64,000 nucleotides of DNA from Candidatus Tanganyikabacteria bacterium (GTDB lineage: Bacteria; Cyanobacteriota; Sericytochromatia; S15B-MN24; VGJW01): NCBI GenBank assembly GCA_016867235.1, contig VGJY01000002.1, positions 2,647 through 66,646 on the forward strand, read 5' to 3'. Under the pieces are notes generated by a model, which was given only the letters and a program-made list of their open reading frames with translations, was not told where the DNA came from and ran no database searches. Positions 17,948-27,445 of the stretch are shown one piece after another. The number at the start of each line of letters is the position of its first letter. Position 1 is the stretch's first letter. Made by a program: the position numbers and the translations under genes.

Positions 17948-19006
17948 CTAGATCGGCAGGCCGGGACGGGGACGCAGGATCGGCTCCTGGGCGCGCGCCA
18001 CTCGCGTCTTGTGGCGGGTACGGTGTCCTCGCCGGGCGGGGGCGGCGTTGTGAGCCGGGCGGGCGGAAATCGCCTCGGCCGCCGCCAGCACCGGCGCGTG
18101 CCCGCGTTCGGCCGCGATCGCCTCGGCGAGAGTCGGGATGACGATGCGATCGCCCGGGAAGATGCGGTCGGCGTCGCGAACGCGCTGCCGGTTGAACGCG
18201 AAGAGGCCCTTCCAGCGGGCGCCGGCCCCCTGGTAGTACCTGCGAGCGAGCTTGATGAGCGTGTCGCCCGGCTTCACGACATGCCAGCGCTGCGCGCTCG
18301 CGGCAGACTCGTCGGATCGCGCCGCTGCCGGACCGGGCTTCGCCGGCCGCGCCGCCGCGGGTCTGGCGCTGGCCGGCCTGGCGGCCGGCGCCGGATCGGC
18401 GATCACCTGGCGGCCCTCGAAGGGGAGGCGAATCGGCGGCGCGGCCTCGCCAAGGACGGGTTCCGCCGGGTCGGCCGGCTGAGCGGCGGGCACGGCAAGC
18501 GCCTCCTCCGTCGCCGATCCGGCGGGGACCTTGGCGGGAGCCGATCCGGCGGCGGGGGACTTGGCGGCGACCGTGCCGGCGGCGGGGGCGGGCAAAGGAT
18601 CGGCCGGCGCGGGTTGCACGGCCACGACCGGAGCCAGGTGTCCACCGAGCACGGGCGGCGGCGGCACCAGGTCGGAGTCGGTGAACCGTGGCAGAGGCGG
18701 TGCCGGCAGGGCGAACCCGGGAGGCGCGGTGATCAAGCCGGCGCAGATCGACGCGGCGGCCACGGCCGGCACCCAGGGGGAGCGACCGGGAGCCGGCGGC
18801 GGCGGCCAGGCTACTTGATCCCGCAACCAGTCGCTCTGGGCCAGGGCCCTGCCGATCTCGGCAGGAAGGCGCCCGCGCCGCGCTGCCAGCAGGGCACGCA
18901 AAGCGTCGAGTTCTTCGGCGATGCAACGCCGGCCGCCCTCCGACTCAATGGCGAGAACGCCGGATTCCGGTGCCGGCGTGATCGGTCCAGGGGCTTCGGC
19001 CTGCAT
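17948..19006 (-). CDS. LysM domain protein with Pro/Ala-rich linker
   Basis: HVVKPGDTLIKLARRYY...N...RIFPGDRIVIP; AAGGAG SD before ATG 19006. Confidence 0.8.
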   Translation of the reverse strand: MQAEAPGPITPAPESGVLAIESEGGRRCIAEELDALRALLAARRGRLPAEIGRALAQSDWLRDQVAWPPPPAPGRSPWVPAVAAASICAGLITAPPGFALPAPPLPRFTDSDLVPPPPVLGGHLAPVVAVQPAPADPLPAPAAGTVAAKSPAAGSAPAKVPAGSATEEALAVPAAQPADPAEPVLGEAAPPIRLPFEGRQVIADPAPAARPASARPAAARPAKPGPAAARSDESAASAQRWHVVKPGDTLIKLARRYYQGAGARWKGLFAFNRQRVRDADRIFPGDRIVIPTLAEAIAAERGHAPVLAAAEAISARPAHNAAPARRGHRTRHKTRVARAQEPILRPRPGLPI

Positions 19007-19157
19007 GGAGGACTCCTTGTCCAGTTGAAACGAACCGCTCCTTGAACCCGATGATCGCGCGGAGAGTGAATGTCTTCCGTGATCCTCGTCCGGTGCTATG
19101 TCAACTCCGCCCGCCTCCGGCCTTGCCCGAACCGCCCGCAGTTGGCAGACTGGCAGC

Positions 19158-20555
19158 ATGCGTAGCGGATTCTTGACCAGCCTCGCCCTCCTCGCGGCGC
19201 TCCTGGGCCTGCCCGCCCCGGCCCCGGCGGCGGAGCCCAACCCGGCAATGCGCTTGCAGGCCGCCCGTGCGGAGTTCCTCGCGACCCTGCCCGCGCCGCT
19301 GCCTGCCGACCCGTGGCCGCTGCGCGATCCGGCCGCAGACGCCACGCGGTCGGCCGAGTTGCTGGCCTACGACCAGGCTATTGCCAAGGCGCGGGACTGG
19401 GCACGTGGCGCAAACGGCGTCGACATCCTGCCGCGCAAGGGCCTGTGGGTTCGGCCGTATCGCCGCGACGCCATCGCCCTCGACGTCCTCGAGGTGATGG
19501 ACAACGCACAGTCGCTGGGCATTACCGACCTGTTCGTCGAGACGTTTCGCGGCGGCCGCGTCAACTATCTCCGCGGCGGAACCTTCCCCTCCCGTTACTC
19601 CGAGGATCTGCTCGCGGTGTACGTCAAGGAGGGGCAACGCCGTGGAATCCGCATCCACGCCTGGCTGCACACCCTCGACTTCGGGCCCGACTGGGCCAAG
19701 GCCCGCCCGGACACCCTCGTCCTCGACGGCTTCGGTCAGCCGTCCGGCAGCACCGAGCGCGGCTCGGCGCGCGTCTCGCCAGCTCTCTCCGAGGTGCATC
19801 GGGAAGTCGCCGAACTGATCGGCGAGAGCGCGGCACGCGGCGTGGACGGCGTCATGCTGGACTACCTGCGCTACCCCACGCGACTCAAGGGCGACGACAT
19901 CGACGAGTCCGCCGACCCGCGCAACTTCTTCGGCTACAACCTGCGGCAGTTCGAGGCTGCCCTGCGGCGCCACCCCGAACTGGCGACGCCGGAGGCCCGC
20001 GACTTCCTCCGGACCGGCAACCTGGCCCGGGAAGAACAACGCGAGGATCTGATGGCGCGCTGGAAGGGAGCGCTCTCGGAGGATCTCGAGAGCCTCATCG
20101 GCGTGGCCCGCGACCGGGCGACGCGGGAGAATGTCGCCCTGGGGGCCGCCTACTTCCCCGACTACTACTTCCACCCCCACGACACCCGCGTCCAGGAATC
20201 CCGGCGCTGGGCGCCGCAGTTCGATCTGCTCTCGCCCATGTGCTACCAGTACTACCTCGACGAGTACCCCGGCCCCTACGGCACCTACACCATCAACCGC
20301 GCGCTGGAGATTGCCGACGACACCATCGCGCGCCTTCCGGCCAACAAGGCCCCCCTCCTGATGCCGTCGTTTTCCGCCGAGGTGCCGGGAACGCCGTACG
20401 AGCGCGTGTTCCACCACCGCACCTTGCGCGAGCAGACCGCCTTCTTGAAGGGCCGGGTCTTCGACAAGGCATTCCCGCGCATCGGGGGCGTCGCGTATTT
20501 CAGCTACGGCTGGATCTTCCTCGACTCGGAGGCGCGGCGGAAGGCCGCGGGCTAA
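19158..20555 (+). CDS. Glycosyl hydrolase-like 10 (DUF187) secreted protein
   Basis: Signal peptide; KGLWVRP, LFVETF, IHAW, VDGVMLDYLRYP, SPMCY. Confidence 0.8.
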   Translation: MRSGFLTSLALLAALLGLPAPAPAAEPNPAMRLQAARAEFLATLPAPLPADPWPLRDPAADATRSAELLAYDQAIAKARDWARGANGVDILPRKGLWVRPYRRDAIALDVLEVMDNAQSLGITDLFVETFRGGRVNYLRGGTFPSRYSEDLLAVYVKEGQRRGIRIHAWLHTLDFGPDWAKARPDTLVLDGFGQPSGSTERGSARVSPALSEVHREVAELIGESAARGVDGVMLDYLRYPTRLKGDDIDESADPRNFFGYNLRQFEAALRRHPELATPEARDFLRTGNLAREEQREDLMARWKGALSEDLESLIGVARDRATRENVALGAAYFPDYYFHPHDTRVQESRRWAPQFDLLSPMCYQYYLDEYPGPYGTYTINRALEIADDTIARLPANKAPLLMPSFSAEVPGTPYERVFHHRTLREQTAFLKGRVFDKAFPRIGGVAYFSYGWIFLDSEARRKAAG

Positions 20556-20560
20556 GAAAC

Positions 20561-20601
20561 TTTTACTTAACCTTAAACTTTCCTTGGGCTAGCCTTAACT
20601 T
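20561..20601 (+). promoter_or_regulatory. Pho-box-like array of four 8-mers at 11-bp spacing
   Basis: TTTTACTT-aac-CTTAAACT-ttc-CTTGGGCT-agc-CTTAACTT in an AT-rich promoter. Confidence 0.45.
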
Positions 20602-20688
20602 AACTTCGGCCATTTTTTAATATAAACAAAATACAAGCTTAAAACACAGCAGGTTGGTGGAGCACCCAGAGTGGTGGAGGTCTTTGCT

Positions 20689-21462
20689 ATGCGTCGTTTC
20701 TCGCCCGTCGCCGCGTTCGCCCTGGTCGCCCTCGCGATCGCCGGTTGCGGACGCACACCGGTGTCCGTGGACGCGCCCGCCGCGAAACCAGACGCCCCCA
20801 AGCAGCAACAGCCATCGCCGACCAATCCCCGGGCGCCCTTCCAGCAACCCGGCCAGGGCGCGGGCCAGCAGGACACCGCCCGGCTCCTGGCCGAGGTGTC
20901 GCAGGCCTTCGCCGCGATGCCGGGCTACCGGGCGGATCTGGAGACCACCGACTCGAAGGGTAGCCACAAGGCCCTGGTCAAGTCGCGGGTGGCGTTCGCC
21001 AAGCCGGAGATCCTGAAGTTCGAGATCCTGTCCAACTCGGATCAGGCGTCGCAGAAGGGCACGAAGGCGCTGTGGCAGGGCGGCAAGACCATCGAAATCC
21101 GGCCGTCCGGCTTGCTCGGCTTCGCGAAGGTGACGCTGCAGACCTCCGACAGCCGCGTCAAGACGCTCAACGGCTACACGATCGACCAGATCAACGTGAA
21201 GGCCGCGATGACCAGCCTGCTGTCGCCCCAGGCCCAGGTGAAGGTGCTCGGCAACTCGCAACTCGGTACCCGGCCGATCGTCCTGGTGGATGTCAGCGGG
21301 GCGACGATGACCCCGGATATCGACCACCAGCGGATCGGGATCGACCTGGCGACCAAGTTGCCCGTCACCATCGACATGCTGCGCGGCAGCGAGTCGAAGT
21401 ACGCCGTGAGGCTGCTGAACATGACGGTGGTCAAGCCGGCCGCCAACGAGCTGACGATCTAG
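20689..21462 (+). CDS. Lipoprotein, LolA-like fold
   Basis: Lipobox IAGC; GGAGG SD; IGIDLATKLP beta-rich LolA-like pattern. Confidence 0.7.
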   Translation: MRRFSPVAAFALVALAIAGCGRTPVSVDAPAAKPDAPKQQQPSPTNPRAPFQQPGQGAGQQDTARLLAEVSQAFAAMPGYRADLETTDSKGSHKALVKSRVAFAKPEILKFEILSNSDQASQKGTKALWQGGKTIEIRPSGLLGFAKVTLQTSDSRVKTLNGYTIDQINVKAAMTSLLSPQAQVKVLGNSQLGTRPIVLVDVSGATMTPDIDHQRIGIDLATKLPVTIDMLRGSESKYAVRLLNMTVVKPAANELTI

Positions 21463-21473
21463 CCGATTCTCAC

Positions 21474-21510
21474 GATTGGCGGGCCGGACGAGAGTTCCGG
21501 CCCGCCAATC
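21474..21510 (+). terminator. Stem-loop, probable terminator
   Basis: Perfect 15-bp stem GATTGGCGGGCCGGA / TCCGGCCCGCCAATC just after the stop; U-tract weak. Confidence 0.65.
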
Positions 21511-21522
21511 GCGTTAGTGAGT

Positions 21523-21574
21523 TTTAAGAAAAAATTAAGGCAAGATTATCTTGGGCTTTACCTATATATAACCA
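21523..21574 (+). promoter_or_regulatory. Second Pho-box-like array (five 8-mers at 11-bp spacing)
   Basis: TTTAAGAA-aaa-ATTAAGGC-aag-ATTATCTT-ggg-CTTTACCT-ata-TATAACCA. Confidence 0.4.
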
Positions 21575-21612
21575 GCTAGTTTTGTGATTTCTTTTCCGGA
21601 GGCACCCGCCCT

Positions 21613-22143
21613 ATGAAATACGCTCCGCTGCTCGTCCTTGGCCTGGCCCTGGTGGCCGGCTGCAGCACCGCGGCCCCGACCGCGCCGCGCCAGGCGCCCC
21701 AGGCTGCCACCATGGAAGCCGACGCGACCTACAAGCTGGAGGACGTCCTGGGCATCGGCCCCAAGTACGCCGAGTTCCTGCGCGAAGCGGGCGTGACCTC
21801 GATCGCCAAGCTGGTCGCCCAGACCGAGACGCGCCAGGAGCGGCAGCAACTGGCGCGCGAGACGGGTATCCCCTACGGCAACGTGCTGCACATCGCCCGG
21901 AAGGTGCAGCTCATGGAAATCCGCGGCATCGGGGTGCGGACTAGCAATCTGCTGGAGGCCGTCGGGGTCGACGGCGTGAAGGAACTGGCGCAGCGGCGTG
22001 CCGACAACCTGCATGCCCGCTTGCTCCTGGCAAACCACATCGGCCGCCCGTTCTTGAAGCAGGATCCGAGCCTGCCGATGGTGGAGCGATGGATCGCCGA
22101 GGCCAAGGAAATGGTCTCGGCCGGCAAGGCCATCGAGGAGTAG
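21613..22143 (+). CDS. DUF4332 family lipoprotein (helix-hairpin-helix)
   Basis: Lipobox VAGC; LEDVLGIGPKYAEFL, LMEIRGIG, LLEAVGVDGVKELAQR, WIAEAK. Confidence 0.85.
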   Translation: MKYAPLLVLGLALVAGCSTAAPTAPRQAPQAATMEADATYKLEDVLGIGPKYAEFLREAGVTSIAKLVAQTETRQERQQLARETGIPYGNVLHIARKVQLMEIRGIGVRTSNLLEAVGVDGVKELAQRRADNLHARLLLANHIGRPFLKQDPSLPMVERWIAEAKEMVSAGKAIEE

Positions 22144-22146
22144 CGC

Positions 22147-23277
22147 CTACCTCGCGAGGCGCAGTTCGGCGCCCGGATAGTAGTGGCCGAGGATGTCGTC
22201 GTAATCGTAGCCCCACTCGGCCAGCTTCCGGGCGCCCCACTGCGACATCCCGACCCCGTGGCCCCAGCCTCGCCCGACCAGCTGGAACGCCCCGCCCGGC
22301 AAGGTGGCCAGCGAGAACAGGGTGCTGTTGAGCCCCAGCGCGAACCGGAATGCCGGGCCGGTAATCTCGCGGCGGCCCAGATCCCCGCGAATCATGACCC
22401 ACCGGGCGCGCCCCGTGAAACTTCGCTCGGTGATCTCGATCTCCCGGATTCCGCCCACGTCGATGCCCTTGGCGGCCAGGCGCCCGCGTAACTCGTCGCG
22501 GCCGATTTCGACCGTCCAGAGCCACCTGGGCGAATCCCAGTCGAAATCGGGGACCGGCTGGAGGTAGGAGTAGCCGGTCGGCCTGCGCCCCGGAAGGCGG
22601 CGTTCGAAGCCCTGGACGGCCTCGGCGCCCTCGGTGTAGCCGCCGGCGCCGGCGCAGTAATACGCCTGGATGGGCGCCCCGCCGTATTCCAGGATCTGCC
22701 CGGCGGTCGCCGCGACGGCCGCGGAAGACGCGGTGGCTTCAACGCTCACCCCTCCGTAGACCTGATCCTCGACGGTCGGCTTGACGTCATACCCCCGGTC
22801 GTTGCGGCTCCCCAGCCGCGACACGGTATACGTGCGAGCCGCGACGGCCTGGGCTTTGAGAGCCTCGAGCGGCCAGCCGGGCGGCATCTCCTCGGGGACC
22901 ACGCCGAAGAGGTACTCCTCGAGATCGAGCGTGTTGACCGCCACGAGGCCCCCGCCTGGCGCCGGCCGGATCTCGAGGTTGCCGCGATACCAGCGCTTGC
23001 CGACGCGCACCGGCGTGCCGAACGGCGGGCTGATACCGAGCGAGGTCCCGACGGAGGCGGTGGCGCCGCCCGGCCCGACCGCTGCCACCCGCGCGCCGAT
23101 CGCCACGGCTTCCCAGACTTCGCCCTCCCGCACGGGCACGGGTGCTCCCGGGAGGGCGATCAGCAGCGAGGCGGAAGCCACGCCGAAGCTGGCCGTCGCC
23201 ACCCCGTCCAGGAGGCCGACCCGTACCACCGTGACTTTGGCCGCGACGGCCGCCGCGACTGCCCAAGACATGTCCAT
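22147..23277 (-). CDS. SpoIID/LytB domain lytic transglycosylase
   Basis: YRGNLEI, LEEYLFGVVPEEM, EALKAQAVAARTY, GWGHGVGMSQWGA, ILGHYYPG. Confidence 0.95.
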   Translation of the reverse strand: MDMSWAVAAAVAAKVTVVRVGLLDGVATASFGVASASLLIALPGAPVPVREGEVWEAVAIGARVAAVGPGGATASVGTSLGISPPFGTPVRVGKRWYRGNLEIRPAPGGGLVAVNTLDLEEYLFGVVPEEMPPGWPLEALKAQAVAARTYTVSRLGSRNDRGYDVKPTVEDQVYGGVSVEATASSAAVAATAGQILEYGGAPIQAYYCAGAGGYTEGAEAVQGFERRLPGRRPTGYSYLQPVPDFDWDSPRWLWTVEIGRDELRGRLAAKGIDVGGIREIEITERSFTGRARWVMIRGDLGRREITGPAFRFALGLNSTLFSLATLPGGAFQLVGRGWGHGVGMSQWGARKLAEWGYDYDDILGHYYPGAELRLAR

Positions 23278-23455
23278 AAAGCGTATTACGCATTCGGATT
23301 AGCCACCAGGCCGGCCCGCGGGGTATGAATAGAGGGGAGGGGAGCGCACTACTCGATGCAAGTGCGCGGCCTGATGGCGCAGGAAAGACCTTGAAACACA
23401 TCCGGGTGGATCGGCAAGGATCGAGTCGAATGGCGGCACGGACGGGAGTGCGGGC

Positions 23456-23815
23456 GTGACCGGACCGTATCCCAGGTGGGTCCTGGGCTTCTTCTACTAC
23501 CATCCAGAAGATCCGCGCCTGATCGTGCCCATCCGCGACGGCCGGGACCACATCTTCAACTACGCGAAACCGATGGCCCTGGTGCTGACGGTCGCGTCGG
23601 TGCTGCTCCCGACCTTCGGCGCCATCCTGATGATCGCGGGGCTCATCAACTTCTTCGACGTGGTCATGGCCAACCTCGTCCTGATCATCGTCCCCACCCT
23701 GGTCGTCCTGGCCTGCGTGGGCAGCGTCGTGGGCAGCATCTTCGTGCGCGAAGACGATCAGGGCAATGCCATCCTGCCGCAGCACGGCGCCGTGCAGGTC
23801 CCCTGGGATCGCTGA
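23456..23815 (+). CDS. DUF5808-like membrane protein
   Basis: W..GFFYYHPEDPRLIVP...NYAKP followed by two TMs. Confidence 0.65.
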   Translation: MTGPYPRWVLGFFYYHPEDPRLIVPIRDGRDHIFNYAKPMALVLTVASVLLPTFGAILMIAGLINFFDVVMANLVLIIVPTLVVLACVGSVVGSIFVREDDQGNAILPQHGAVQVPWDR

Positions 23816-23932
23816 TGCGTAAGAGCGCGTGAATTCCTTCATAAAAGTGCTTCCGAGGGGTTGAAAACTGCGTAGGTGCTACTTAATGTCGAAGATCCGG
23901 CATTGGGAATCGGCGAGCATTATGGGGGGCAA

Positions 23933-24136
23933 ATGGCGAAGGTCGATGTCGACGTCCGGTCTTCCAGGATCCCCGAAAACGTGACTGGCGGTCTGTCGCG
24001 CGCGGCCGTCGGAATGCGTACCGACGAACGCTCCGCACCGCATGGCGATCCACCGCCATGGTCCAACTTCCACTCGCCCCAGGGGATGGCGTACATCCGG
24101 AGCCGCAACACCGGCGAACTGGCGCTGAACCGCTAG
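23933..24136 (+). CDS. Possible small hypothetical protein
   Basis: 67-aa ORF after an AT-rich promoter-like stretch; no recognisable motif. Confidence 0.35.
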   Translation: MAKVDVDVRSSRIPENVTGGLSRAAVGMRTDERSAPHGDPPPWSNFHSPQGMAYIRSRNTGELALNR

Positions 24137-24156
24137 GACCGGGGGTCCACCGGGTT

Positions 24157-24750
24157 TCAGCGGCGGGCCGCGCGGGCTGGATCGCCGGCGATCCAGTCCC
24201 GGACGCGCGTGATCGTCGTGGGCAGCATCGTGAACTGCACGTAATCGAGCACCCACGCCGGGATCATGGGCGCGTCGGGGTCTATCTTCGCGGAGTAGCG
24301 GACGCGCGTGCGAGCCTGCGCGATGGACGACAGTTCGAGATCGCCCTCGTACTGCTTGAAGGTCCCTTCGACGCGTTGGTACGTGAACGTGAAGCGCTCC
24401 GGGAACAGCACCGTCTCGTTGAGCGTCCAGCGGGGACCGATCGGCCAGAAGAGCGCCAGGTAGAACCAGCCGTAGATGGTATTGCCCGACTGGCGCCTGA
24501 TCTGCGAGCCGGTGATCTGGAAGATCTCGTTGTAGCGGCCGAAGTCGGTGTAGACCTCCCAGACCCGCGCCACCGGAGCCTCGACATTCCCGACGACCTG
24601 GTAGCGCTTGATTCGCTCGGACCCGCGCTCCATCTGCACCACGACGCCCCCGCGGTTGACCCGAGCCTCCTCCTCGGGGCTCAGCGTACGCAGGAGATCG
24701 GGCGGAGGAGAGGCGACGGCAGCCAGGAAGGCGAGCCCCAACAGCGGCAT
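24157..24750 (-). CDS. SRPBCC/polyketide cyclase-like secreted protein
   Basis: VEAPVARVWEVYTDF, VEGTFKQYEG, IPAWV. Confidence 0.8.
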   Translation of the reverse strand: MPLLGLAFLAAVASPPPDLLRTLSPEEEARVNRGGVVVQMERGSERIKRYQVVGNVEAPVARVWEVYTDFGRYNEIFQITGSQIRRQSGNTIYGWFYLALFWPIGPRWTLNETVLFPERFTFTYQRVEGTFKQYEGDLELSSIAQARTRVRYSAKIDPDAPMIPAWVLDYVQFTMLPTTITRVRDWIAGDPARAARR

Positions 24751-24802
24751 GGCTCAACCATACCCGAGCCGGACCGCTCGCGGCCAGTGCGATCGAATCA
24801 AG

Positions 24803-25561
24803 TTATAGTTGCGTCGTGCCGGGCGGGTACGGGTTGGGAGTCCCGATGGGGGGCGCCGTGCCTTGCGTCCACCAGTCGGGTGCCTTCGCCTCTGGCGGAT
24901 ACACGCCGATCGGCGGTTCGGGCTTGTAGGGCGGCACCGGCGGCTGACCGGGGCGCCAGGAGCCGGGCTGGAGTTCGACCTGCGGACCGGGCTGCGGGAC
25001 CCGGGCGTTGGGACCGTAGAGGCCCCCGGAGCCGCTCCCCGATCCGCTCCCCGATCCGCCGCCGGGAACGACCACGATCGGCGGCTGGCTCGCATGCTGG
25101 TTCAGCGACTGCTGCATCTGCTGCTGGCCGGCCAGGAGCTGATGGTCGTGCGCATTGAGGTGGGTAATGCCTTGCGCGAGGACTCCCTGGCCGGCAAGGA
25201 TCTGCTGCTGGCCGGCAAGCAGGGCGTTGTTCTGCGAGACGATCGTGCTCGCGAACTGCCCGATCGTCTCGGTCAGGCTCTCGAGCGTTTCGCTGATCTC
25301 GTCGAGCTTTCCCGAAATCTGGCCCAGGGCCTGCTGGATGGGGCTGGGCTGCGGCGGCGCCGGGGGAGGCTGTATGACGATGATCGGCGGCCGCGGCTGC
25401 GGCGGCGGGGGAGGCAGCACCACGATGGGCGGCCGCGGTTGTGGCCGCGGCGGCCCGATGATTACCGGCGGGCGGTAGCGGTGGCCTGGCGGCGCCCAGG
25501 CGCCGGCGCTCGCACTCGCGCTGGCGCTGGCTGAAGCGCCCCCGTATGTGGGTACGTGCAT
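24803..25561 (-). CDS. Pro-rich protein with central coiled coil
   Basis: Repeated RPPIVV/PPPQP units, heptads LLAGQQQ/ILAGQGV, GSGSGS linker. Confidence 0.6.
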   Translation of the reverse strand: MHVPTYGGASASASASASAGAWAPPGHRYRPPVIIGPPRPQPRPPIVVLPPPPPQPRPPIIVIQPPPAPPQPSPIQQALGQISGKLDEISETLESLTETIGQFASTIVSQNNALLAGQQQILAGQGVLAQGITHLNAHDHQLLAGQQQMQQSLNQHASQPPIVVVPGGGSGSGSGSGSGGLYGPNARVPQPGPQVELQPGSWRPGQPPVPPYKPEPPIGVYPPEAKAPDWWTQGTAPPIGTPNPYPPGTTQL

Positions 25562-25755
25562 CGCAGCTCTCCTTGCCGCTTGCAGGAACGTCGCTCGCCA
25601 ATCCTTGCGAACCAGGCCGCAGCCTCCCTGCGGGAGGTCGACTCATTTACATAATCCCCGATTTTGCGATCTTTTGCACACACCTTCCGGAACTTTCTCC
25701 TGGATGTTGCATGGCGGCCCCGAATGGAGGACGGGCCCTGCTAAGCTGGATCCCC

Positions 25756-26310
25756 ATGCCGGGATCGATCCGTTTCTGCACGCACTGCGGCGCCGCCGTG
25801 CGGCTGGAGATCCCGGCCGGCGACAACCGCGAGCGGCACGTCTGCCCGACCTGCGCGCACATCCAGTACGTCAACCCGCGCATCGTCGTCGGAGCGGTCA
25901 GCGCCTGGGAGGGCCGCCTCCTCCTCTGCCGCCGGGGCATCGAGCCCCGATCGGGGTTCTGGACCGTCCCGGCCGGCTTCATGGAACTCGGGGAGTCGGC
26001 CGAGGAGGGCGCCGTCCGCGAAACGCTCGAAGAAGCGTGCGCCCAGGTAGAAATCGCGGCCCTGCTGGGAGCATACAGCGTCCCGCGCATCGACCAGGTT
26101 CACCTGTTCTACGCCGCGAGGATGCTGGAGCCCGCGCACGGGAGCGGCGCCGAGACCCTCGAGGCCCGGCTGGCGACCTGGGACGAAGTGCCCTGGGAGG
26201 AGCTGGCATTCCCTTCGGTTCGGTGGGCCCTCGAGATCTACCGCGAGTATGCCGCGTCCCGGCGGGAGGCCTGGCAGCCGCGCGCCGCCGCCTGGGCGCC
26301 CGAGTGCTAG
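25756..26310 (+). CDS. NUDIX hydrolase with N-terminal zinc ribbon
   Basis: FCTHCG...VCPTC...YVNP; Nudix box GFMELGESAEEGAVRETLEE. Confidence 0.9.
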   Translation: MPGSIRFCTHCGAAVRLEIPAGDNRERHVCPTCAHIQYVNPRIVVGAVSAWEGRLLLCRRGIEPRSGFWTVPAGFMELGESAEEGAVRETLEEACAQVEIAALLGAYSVPRIDQVHLFYAARMLEPAHGSGAETLEARLATWDEVPWEELAFPSVRWALEIYREYAASRREAWQPRAAAWAPEC

Positions 26311-27218
26311 AGGATCCGCTGGCCGACGGCCGAGAGGATCAGCTCCACCGCCAGCTCCGAGGTGCGGTTGCGCTCGTCGAAGATCGGGTTGACTTCGACC
26401 AGGTCGAGGCTGGTGAGCCTGCCGGAGTCGGCGATGAGTTCCATCGCGAGGTGGGCCTCCCGGTAGGTCGGCCCTCCCGGGCACGGCGTCCCCACCCCCG
26501 GCGCGTACTGCGGATCCACGAAGTCCATGTCGAAGCTCACGTGCAGGGCCTGGGTGTCGCGGGTCGCCATGGCGATCGCCCGCGTCACCACCTCGCGGAT
26601 CCCCAGTTCGTCTACGGCGCGCATCGTGAAGATGTGCATCCCCGAGGCGCGCAGCAATTCGCGCTCCCGGGAATCCACGTCCCGGATGCCGATCAGCACG
26701 GTATCCTCGGGCCGCACCTTCGGGGCGAAGCCGCCCAGACCGACCAGTTGCGCGTCGCCTAGGCCCTGCACCACGGCGAGGGGCATCCCGTGGATGTTGC
26801 CGCTGGGCGAGGATGCGGGGGTGTTGAAGTCGCCGTGGGCGTCGAACCAGATCAGGCCGAGGCGCCCTCCGGAACGCACCACGGGCGCGGCCGCCGCGGC
26901 GATCGTGCCGATGGCGATGCTGTGGTCCCCCCCCAGGAAGATCGGGAACTCGCCCGCGGCGACGATGCGGCCGGCCGCCTCGGCCGCCAGCTGGCAAGTG
27001 GCGAGGATCTCCTCGTAGAACTTCAGCGTCGTGGCGCCCGCCGACACGGTCTCGGGCATGGGCGCCGCCACGTCGCCGGCATCCCGCACCGCGAAGCCGA
27101 GCGCGCGCAACTTGTCCCCCAGGCCCGCGATGCGGAGCGAGCGGGTGGCCATGTCGACTCCCCGGTGGCCTGCGCCCAGGTCCATGGGAATCCCCAGCAC
27201 CGCGATCGGTCTGTTCAT
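26307..27218 (-). CDS. rocF: Arginase
   Basis: GGDHS, DAHGD, SGNIHGMP, SFDMDFVDP, GVGTP, EVNP. Confidence 0.92.
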   Translation of the reverse strand: MNRPIAVLGIPMDLGAGHRGVDMATRSLRIAGLGDKLRALGFAVRDAGDVAAPMPETVSAGATTLKFYEEILATCQLAAEAAGRIVAAGEFPIFLGGDHSIAIGTIAAAAAPVVRSGGRLGLIWFDAHGDFNTPASSPSGNIHGMPLAVVQGLGDAQLVGLGGFAPKVRPEDTVLIGIRDVDSRERELLRASGMHIFTMRAVDELGIREVVTRAIAMATRDTQALHVSFDMDFVDPQYAPGVGTPCPGGPTYREAHLAMELIADSGRLTSLDLVEVNPIFDERNRTSELAVELILSAVGQRIL

Positions 27219-27221
27219 TGA

Positions 27222-27336
27222 AGCCTCCTCGGGGGGGTGCCGCCCCCCCGAGCCCCCCCGCAATGCCATCCGTGACGCTCCGCCGGGCGTCCCTGCCCGG
27301 CGTGGGGGTTGCACAGCGGTGCCGGCGAAGCTGTTT
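27222..27336 (-). repeat. Structured interspersed element/leader, copy 1 (upstream of arginase)
   Basis: Near-identical to 32905..33020; three hairpins, two with compensatory changes; ends in GAGGAGG SD. Confidence 0.85.
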
Positions 27337-27445
27337 GATCGCGCACTGCCTCGCATTATAGGGGAAAGGTACGGATAAGGACCGGTTAACCTTTGCCTAA
27401 GTCGCGTCAGGCGAGGCCCTCTCCGGCCGACATTTCCAGGTGGTG

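Noticed and set aside
27222-27336. Known riboswitch class or tRNA
   Set aside because: I recognise no consensus of a known class; kept as an unknown structured repeat pending an Rfam search
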